From assembly GCA_947483075.1 (NCBI GenBank), contig CANKLE010000010.1, positions 37,869-101,868 of the forward strand: DNA of 64,000 nt, read 5' to 3'. A model generated the notes under the pieces. It was not told the origin of the DNA. It made no database searches and saw nothing but the letters and a program-made list of their open reading frames with translations. The stretch comes from Flavobacteriaceae bacterium (GTDB lineage Bacteria; Bacteroidota; Bacteroidia; Flavobacteriales; Flavobacteriaceae). This document shows positions 58,484 to 64,000 of the stretch, piece by piece (within the stretch, counting starts at the first letter, position 1; every line of letters starts with the position of its first letter). The position numbers and the translations under genes are program-made.

Positions 58484-59842
58484 ATGCAAACGCCAAAAAA
58501 AATTGCTGTTGTTGGTTCGGGTTTAGTCGGTTCACTTTTGGCGATTTACCTCAAGAAAGCAGGTCATACCGTACATGTGTTTGACCGCAGTCCCGACCTC
58601 AGAAAGATTGAGTTTTCAGGGCGTTCGATCAATTTGGTCATGTCCAATCGCGGTTGGAAAACCTTAGAAGACATCGGATTAGACGAAGCCGTTCGGGCGA
58701 TAGGCATTCCGGTTGATAAACGCGCTATTCATTTAGGCTCCTCGGCGATTAATTACCAATACTACGGCAAAGAAGGCGAAGCCATATTTTCCTTGTCCAG
58801 AGGCATACTCAACAGAAAAATGATCGATTTGGCCGAAGAAGCCGGCGTAGCATTTTTCTTTGAACAAAAAATTTGGGACGTGACATTGGCTGATGCAACC
58901 TTGCATGTAGGCGAAACCGAAAGGGGCGAATGGCAAGAACTTAAGTATGATTTGGTGTTTGGCTCAGATGGCGCATTTTCGCGCGTTCGTCACCGCATGC
59001 AACGCCAAAGTATGTTCAATTATTCGCAAGAATTTTTACAACTGGGCTACAAAGAGTTGCATATTCCTGCCAATACAGACAGTACGCACAAACTCGATAA
59101 AAATTCTTTACACATATGGCCTCGTGGCAATTTTATGCTCATGGCCTTGGCCAATTTAGACGGTAGTTTCACTTGTACTTTGTTTATGCCGCACCAAGGG
59201 GAAAATTCGTTTGAATCTTTGAAGGATAGAGCGGCGCTCGAGACCTTTTTTGCCAAACATTTTCCGGATACAGCCAGTGTAATTCCCGATTTAGTGCAGG
59301 ATTTTTTCAAAAACCCAACCAGTGTATTGGTTACCATGAAATGTTTTCCTTGGACCTTCGAAAATAAAGTGGCCTTAATTGGCGATGCCTGTCACGCGAT
59401 TGTTCCGTTTTATGGACATGGGATGAATGCAGGTTTTGAGGATATTACGGTTTTGTTTCAAATGATGCAACAGTATGGCGATGATTGGAATCAGGTGTTT
59501 AAAGCCTACGAGCAGTCCCGCAAACCCAATGCTGATGCCATTGCCGAATTGTCGTATCGAAATTTTATGGAGATGAGTTCTAAAACGGCCGACGAAAAAT
59601 TCTTGTTGCAAAAGAAGATCGAAAAATGGTTTGCCGAGAAACATCCCGACAAATGGATGCCCTTGTACAGTAGAGTTACTTTTAGTTTACAGCCCTACAT
59701 TGAAGCCTTGGCGTTTGGCAACCAACAACACGAGATTATGGAAGAAATTATGCGCAGAGACGACATCGAAACCAACTGGAATTCTCCCGAAGTCGAAGCG
59801 CAGCTGTTGTCTCTGTTGCACGAAAAATCAATTCAATTTTAA
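58484..59842 (+). CDS. kmo: Kynurenine 3-monooxygenase (FAD-dependent)
   Basis: 452 aa with the GxGxxG motif (VVGSGLVGS), GDACHAIVPFYGHGMN, and a length and C-terminal region typical of bacterial KMO. Confidence 0.85.
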   Translation: MQTPKKIAVVGSGLVGSLLAIYLKKAGHTVHVFDRSPDLRKIEFSGRSINLVMSNRGWKTLEDIGLDEAVRAIGIPVDKRAIHLGSSAINYQYYGKEGEAIFSLSRGILNRKMIDLAEEAGVAFFFEQKIWDVTLADATLHVGETERGEWQELKYDLVFGSDGAFSRVRHRMQRQSMFNYSQEFLQLGYKELHIPANTDSTHKLDKNSLHIWPRGNFMLMALANLDGSFTCTLFMPHQGENSFESLKDRAALETFFAKHFPDTASVIPDLVQDFFKNPTSVLVTMKCFPWTFENKVALIGDACHAIVPFYGHGMNAGFEDITVLFQMMQQYGDDWNQVFKAYEQSRKPNADAIAELSYRNFMEMSSKTADEKFLLQKKIEKWFAEKHPDKWMPLYSRVTFSLQPYIEALAFGNQQHEIMEEIMRRDDIETNWNSPEVEAQLLSLLHEKSIQF

Positions 59843-59921
59843 GGATATTTCTATTTATCCATGCCGTATATGTGATTTGGCATTAACAAAACGTTATTTA
59901 AATGTAACCGATTCGACTTTA

Positions 59922-59955
59922 GTCTTTCGTGGAATGCAGTGAAAGGCTTGTTTTT
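59922..59955 (+). terminator. Possible intrinsic terminator after kmo
   Basis: GTCTTTC-gtggaatgcagt-GAAAGGC (one G-U pair) followed by TTGTTTTT. Confidence 0.4.
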
Positions 59956-60083
59956 ATTGCTGTTTGAGTAATTTTTCAATTAAATTAAAAAAAGTTTTTT
60001 TATTAAAACTAAACATATAAATTTGCTCTCATTCAAATTAAATACAACTAAAATTATAATTAAAACTATTAAAAATTAAAAAA

Positions 60084-60902
60084 ATGGCAAACGTTAAAAA
60101 AGAAAGTAGTTCAAACGCTGGAGGAATGTTTTCAGGAATCGTAATCGTAGCATGTATATTCGTAGGCTGGATTATCTGGAATTTTATTATGGGTAATGGC
60201 TCTAACTTCGAAGGAGGAGTAAACACAGGTCACCCACTACCAGGAAATTACCTTGCAATGGTATACAAAGGAGGTCCAATTGTACCAGTATTGATGGGAT
60301 TACTTTTGATGGTAATCGTATTTTCGTTTGAGCGTTACATGGTAATCACCAAAGCTGCAGGTACTGCCAATTTGGATAAATTCATGAAAGAAGTACAAGC
60401 TAGCGTTGTTAAAGGAGACATTGATGGTGCATTAGTTGCTTGTGATAAACAAAAAGGTTCAGTTGCTAACGCAATTAAATCGGCATTAATCAAATTTCAA
60501 GAAGTGAAAAAAGAAGGTTTTGATAGCCAAGCTGCTGCCGAAACTATTCACAAAGAAATAGAAGAGGCTACATCATTAGAGATGCCAATGTTGGAGAAAA
60601 ACTTAACTATTTTATCTACTTTGGTTTCTTTGGGAACATTAGCAGGATTGTTAGGAACAGTAACTGGGATGATCAAAGCGTTTGGTGCTTTGGCTAGCGC
60701 AGGTACTCCTGACCAAGCGTTGTTGGCAAATGGTATTTCTGAAGCCTTGATCAATACAGCTACAGGGATTTCTACTTCAGCTTTAGCGATCGTTATGTAT
60801 AACTTGTTTACTTCTAAAATTGATACCTTAACCTATTCAATTGACGAAGCAGGGAATACCATCGTAAACACTTACAGACACTTTAGAGGGACACAAAAAT
60901 AA
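60084..60902 (+). CDS. exbB: MotA/TolQ/ExbB proton-channel protein
   Basis: 272 aa with three TM segments and a conserved C-terminal half (LGTLAGLLGTVTGMIKAF...ALINTATG). Confidence 0.85.
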   Translation: MANVKKESSSNAGGMFSGIVIVACIFVGWIIWNFIMGNGSNFEGGVNTGHPLPGNYLAMVYKGGPIVPVLMGLLLMVIVFSFERYMVITKAAGTANLDKFMKEVQASVVKGDIDGALVACDKQKGSVANAIKSALIKFQEVKKEGFDSQAAAETIHKEIEEATSLEMPMLEKNLTILSTLVSLGTLAGLLGTVTGMIKAFGALASAGTPDQALLANGISEALINTATGISTSALAIVMYNLFTSKIDTLTYSIDEAGNTIVNTYRHFRGTQK

Positions 60903-60964
60903 TTAGCTACTTAGTTTCACACTCGTAAAACTAAATCACTTTATTAATTTTAAAATAAAAGTAT

Positions 60965-61579
60965 ATGGCTAATGCAAAAATGTCTAAAAAGGCGGCGTCT
61001 ATCGATATGACGGCAATGTGTGATGTGGCTTTCTTGTTGTTGACGTTCTTTATTTTGACCGCAACAGCAAAGCAACAAGAGCCCTTGCCAGTTGATACGC
61101 CAGCCTCTACCGTACAAACCAAGTTGCCAGAAACAGATTTGGCTACTATTACTGTAGGAAAAGGTAAAATATTCTTCGACCTAAAAGGAAGAGAAGTTCG
61201 CAAAAGAACCTTGGAATTGATGGGTCAAAAATACGGTGTCGATTTTTCTGATGACGAAGCGAATCGTTTTGCTTTAATGGAAGGATTCGGAGTGCCAATT
61301 CAAGACCTGAAAACCATTATTGCGATGACTAGTACTGATCGCAACAAACCTGGTGTTCAAGCAGGAGTTCCCAAAGATTCGCTAGACAATCAGTTGAAAG
61401 AATGGATCTACAATGCGCGTATTGCCAACATCGAAATTGATGACAAAGAATTGCAAATCGCGATAAAAGGTGATGCAAAAGAACAGTATCCAGAAATCAA
61501 AAAAATCATGGATATTCTACAAGATCAAAAAATCAATAGTTTCAATTTGGTAACGGGTCTTCGCGGTAAAGATTTTTAA
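60965..61579 (+). CDS. exbD: ExbD/TolR family protein
   Basis: 204 aa with the IDMTAMCDVAFLLLTFFIL anchor motif. Confidence 0.85.
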   Translation: MANAKMSKKAASIDMTAMCDVAFLLLTFFILTATAKQQEPLPVDTPASTVQTKLPETDLATITVGKGKIFFDLKGREVRKRTLELMGQKYGVDFSDDEANRFALMEGFGVPIQDLKTIIAMTSTDRNKPGVQAGVPKDSLDNQLKEWIYNARIANIEIDDKELQIAIKGDAKEQYPEIKKIMDILQDQKINSFNLVTGLRGKDF

Positions 61580-61597
61580 TATAAAAAATAAAACACA

Positions 61598-62164
61598 ATG
61601 GCTGAATTAAATACTGGCGATAGCGGCGGTGGCAAAGGTGGTAAAGTAAGAAGTAAAAAGCAAAACTCCAAGGTAGACTTAACGGCTATGGTAGATTTGG
61701 CCTTCTTGCTCATCACATTCTTTATGCTCACCACGTCTTTATCTAAACCCCAATCGATGGATTTAGGTTTGCCAGATAAAGATGATGACCCAACTAAAAA
61801 TAAAGACATTAAAGTAGACGAAAACCGTACACTTACCGTTTTATTAGGAGGCGACAATAAAGTTAAATATTACGTAGGTTTATTGGCCAATCCAATTGAG
61901 GGGCCAAAAGAAACAACCTACGGAAAAGATGGAATTCGTAAAACACTTTTAAGCAGAAAGAAAAAAGTTTTAGAATATACACGTACAGAAAAGAAAGGTT
62001 TGATCGTTATTATTAAACCGAGTAAAAAATCAAATTACCGCAATTTGATAGACATTTTAGACGAGATGGCTATTGCAGACGTTCCGACCTATGCGATCGT
62101 TGACATTGACCCCGCTGAAGTAAAAATATTGGAAGGGTCAAATACAACGCCACCAACTCCTTAA
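61598..62164 (+). CDS. exbD: ExbD/TolR family protein (second copy)
   Basis: 188 aa with the VDLTAMVDLAFLLITFFML anchor motif. Confidence 0.85.
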   Translation: MAELNTGDSGGGKGGKVRSKKQNSKVDLTAMVDLAFLLITFFMLTTSLSKPQSMDLGLPDKDDDPTKNKDIKVDENRTLTVLLGGDNKVKYYVGLLANPIEGPKETTYGKDGIRKTLLSRKKKVLEYTRTEKKGLIVIIKPSKKSNYRNLIDILDEMAIADVPTYAIVDIDPAEVKILEGSNTTPPTP

Positions 62165-62197
62165 TTTGACAATCTAATTAAAAATAAATAGACACAC

Positions 62198-62983
62198 ATG
62201 AAATTAGATTTATTAAAAAACGAATGGCTTGATATCGTATTCGAAGGGCGTAACAAAAGTTATGGTGCGTATGATTTGAGAAAATCAGACACCAAAACAA
62301 CCACACGTGCTTTGATACTTGGAGCGGTTATATTTGCTTTCTTAGTTAGTATTCCTTTGTTGGCTTCGTTGATTCCAGAATCATCCGATAACGACATGAA
62401 CATGGATAAAAAAATTGTAACGGTAAAGTTGCCGCCTAAAGAAAAACCAAAAGAAAATATTCCACCGCCACCGCCACCACCTCCAAAAGTGGATCAAGTG
62501 AAATTTGTGAAACCGGTTGTTGCCAAGGCAGAAGAAGTAGTAGAAGAACCACCTAAAATCAAGGAAATCGTTGATAAGAAATTGGGTGCCGAAACGATCA
62601 AAGGAGATCCAGATGCTGAATTATCAGTTGAGCCAGTGGGTAACGGTGATGTTGTAGAAGAAGACAACAACATTTACAACACGGCTGGTATCGAAGTAAA
62701 ACCTGATTTTCCTGGAGGAATAGAAAAATTCTACAAATTCGTAGGTAAAAATTACCAAGTTCCAGAAGAGGAAGGATTAAAAGGCAAAGTATTTGTTTCT
62801 TTCGTTGTAGAAAAAGACGGATCCTTAACCGACATCAAAGTAATTCGAGATATTGGATACGGAACAGGTAAAGAAGCCATTCGCGTATTGAAATCTTGTC
62901 CTAGATGGAATCCAGGAGAGCAAAATGGGAAGAAAGTAAGGGTATTGTATTCCTTGCCGATTAACATCCAATCTGCCGAATAA
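62198..62983 (+). CDS. tonB: Energy transducer TonB
   Basis: 261 aa with an N-terminal TM segment, a proline-rich spacer (PPKEKPKENIPPPPPPPPK) and a TonB C-terminal domain (GKVFVSFVVEKDGSLTDIKV). Confidence 0.85.
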   Translation: MKLDLLKNEWLDIVFEGRNKSYGAYDLRKSDTKTTTRALILGAVIFAFLVSIPLLASLIPESSDNDMNMDKKIVTVKLPPKEKPKENIPPPPPPPPKVDQVKFVKPVVAKAEEVVEEPPKIKEIVDKKLGAETIKGDPDAELSVEPVGNGDVVEEDNNIYNTAGIEVKPDFPGGIEKFYKFVGKNYQVPEEEGLKGKVFVSFVVEKDGSLTDIKVIRDIGYGTGKEAIRVLKSCPRWNPGEQNGKKVRVLYSLPINIQSAE

Positions 62984-63216
62984 TGAAAGAAAATTTCTTT
63001 CAATCATTTAAAAAGAAATCGCTTAAAGGGCGATTTCTTTTTGTTATAGGGATGAGCTTTTTCCTGCTTTATTTGGTATTGGGCTTGCTTATTATTTTTT
63101 GGAAAGAACTGCCTTTGGCCATGTCGGGCAATTTCCGTTTGTTATTTGGCGTTGTGTTAATCGTGTATGCCTTGTTGCGTTTTGTGCGTTATTTTAATTC
63201 AAACACCAACGATTAA
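62983..63216 (+). CDS. Small two-TM membrane protein (hypothetical)
   Basis: 77 aa with two hydrophobic helices. Its start overlaps the tonB stop (TAATG). Confidence 0.5.
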   Translation: MKENFFQSFKKKSLKGRFLFVIGMSFFLLYLVLGLLIIFWKELPLAMSGNFRLLFGVVLIVYALLRFVRYFNSNTND

Positions 63217-63219
63217 GTT

Positions 63220-64000
63220 ATGAAAAGTAAAGGGATTTCATTTATAGTTATGCTGCTGTTGTTTTGTTCTTGCGATTTCTGGACCAAGGCAGACCAAGAA
63301 ACAATAATAGAAGGCAAGACGACTGTTTTGGTCGACGAAACTTTAGTCCCCATCGTTCAAGCCCAGACCGAGATTTTTGAAGATAAATATCCAGCTAAAT
63401 TAACTATACAAGCCAAATCAGAAGCCGAGGTAATTCGTTCCTTGTTTCAAAAATCTACTCGTGTAGCAGTTTTGGCTCGAAAATTAACGGAAAAAGAGAT
63501 GAAAGGTTTTGGTCAAAAGAAAATTTTCCCAAAAACCACACCTATTGCCAAAGATGCCATCGCTTTAATAACCCAAAAAACCACACAAGATACCTTGATC
63601 CAATTGGATGAAGTGCTCAATATGTTAAAAGGAATTCCCAGCTCAAAATACGACGGTTTGGTCTTTGACAACCCCAATTCGAGTACCGCACGCTACTTAA
63701 TGCAATTGGCTCAAGTGAATCAATTGCCAGAAAAAGGAGTCTATTCATTTGCGACCAACGAAGCGGTTGTTAAATATGTAGCCAAAAACAAACGAATGCT
63801 TGGAGTTATTGGAATAAATTATATTTTTGAGCCGGCAATCGAGCTGCGAAATTTTGTACAACAAATTAGCGTGTTGAGCGTTAGTAAAGTAAGTGGTTCG
63901 GCCTGTTTTAGTCCAACACAAAACAACATTGCCGAAGGAAGTTACCCGTTATGTCGCAACTTATATATCGTGAATTGCCAAGGGTATTCAGGCTTAGGAA
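63220..64000 (+). CDS. PstS-family substrate-binding lipoprotein; the 3' end is truncated by the window
   Basis: My own translation from the ATG at 63220 gives MKSKGISFIVMLLLFCSCDF (lipobox), then TTVLVDETLVPIV and EGSYPLCRNLYIV. The frame is open to position 64000. It is missing from the ORF track because there is no stop in the window. Confidence 0.5.
   Translation, partial: MKSKGISFIVMLLLFCSCDFWTKADQETIIEGKTTVLVDETLVPIVQAQTEIFEDKYPAKLTIQAKSEAEVIRSLFQKSTRVAVLARKLTEKEMKGFGQKKIFPKTTPIAKDAIALITQKTTQDTLIQLDEVLNMLKGIPSSKYDGLVFDNPNSSTARYLMQLAQVNQLPEKGVYSFATNEAVVKYVAKNKRMLGVIGINYIFEPAIELRNFVQQISVLSVSKVSGSACFSPTQNNIAEGSYPLCRNLYIVNCQGYSGLG

Overview
This window looks like a chromosomal core region of a Bacteroidota genome, most likely a Flavobacterium-like member of Flavobacteriia. 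The supporting evidence is a gldA-like ABC ATPase, a T9SS C-terminal sorting domain, GLPGLI and FISUMP family proteins, a PorT-like barrel and TAnnTTTG-type -7 boxes. About 54 protein genes are densely packed and almost all are housekeeping:
- Cell shape: purH followed by mreB-mreC-mreD-mrdA-rodA.
- Central metabolism: accD, fbaA, etfBA, pdhB, and a membrane pyrophosphatase.
- Folate and menaquinone: ubiE, folA, thyA.
- Methionine and SAM: metK, then a SAM-I riboswitch followed by a two-cistron metH and metF.
- Aromatic pathway and translation-related: DAHP synthase/chorismate mutase, rsgA, dtd, a MazG-like gene, aroA, queA.
- Kynurenine pathway: kynU and kmo, separated by a penicillin-acylase-family gene.
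- Energy transduction: exbB-exbD-exbD-tonB, followed by a PstS-like gene.

I found no rRNA, tRNA, CRISPR array, transposase, integrase, phage genes or recognisable defence or toxin system, and no convincing novel multi-gene system.

The unusual content is non-coding or repeat-based:
1. Inverted arrays of a GGTTATC/GAYAACG heptamer bracket a 186-nt spacer exactly at the domain boundary where metH is split. A near-identical 31-nt array also lies in frame twice inside metH.
2. A mosaic of about 130-146 bp repeats directly flanks a FISUMP lipoprotein gene.
3. The pyrophosphatase carries a 128-residue Cys/Met-rich tail.
4. The metK leader is structured but does not match the SAM-I motif.

All calls come from reading the supplied translations and sequence by eye. 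No searches were run.
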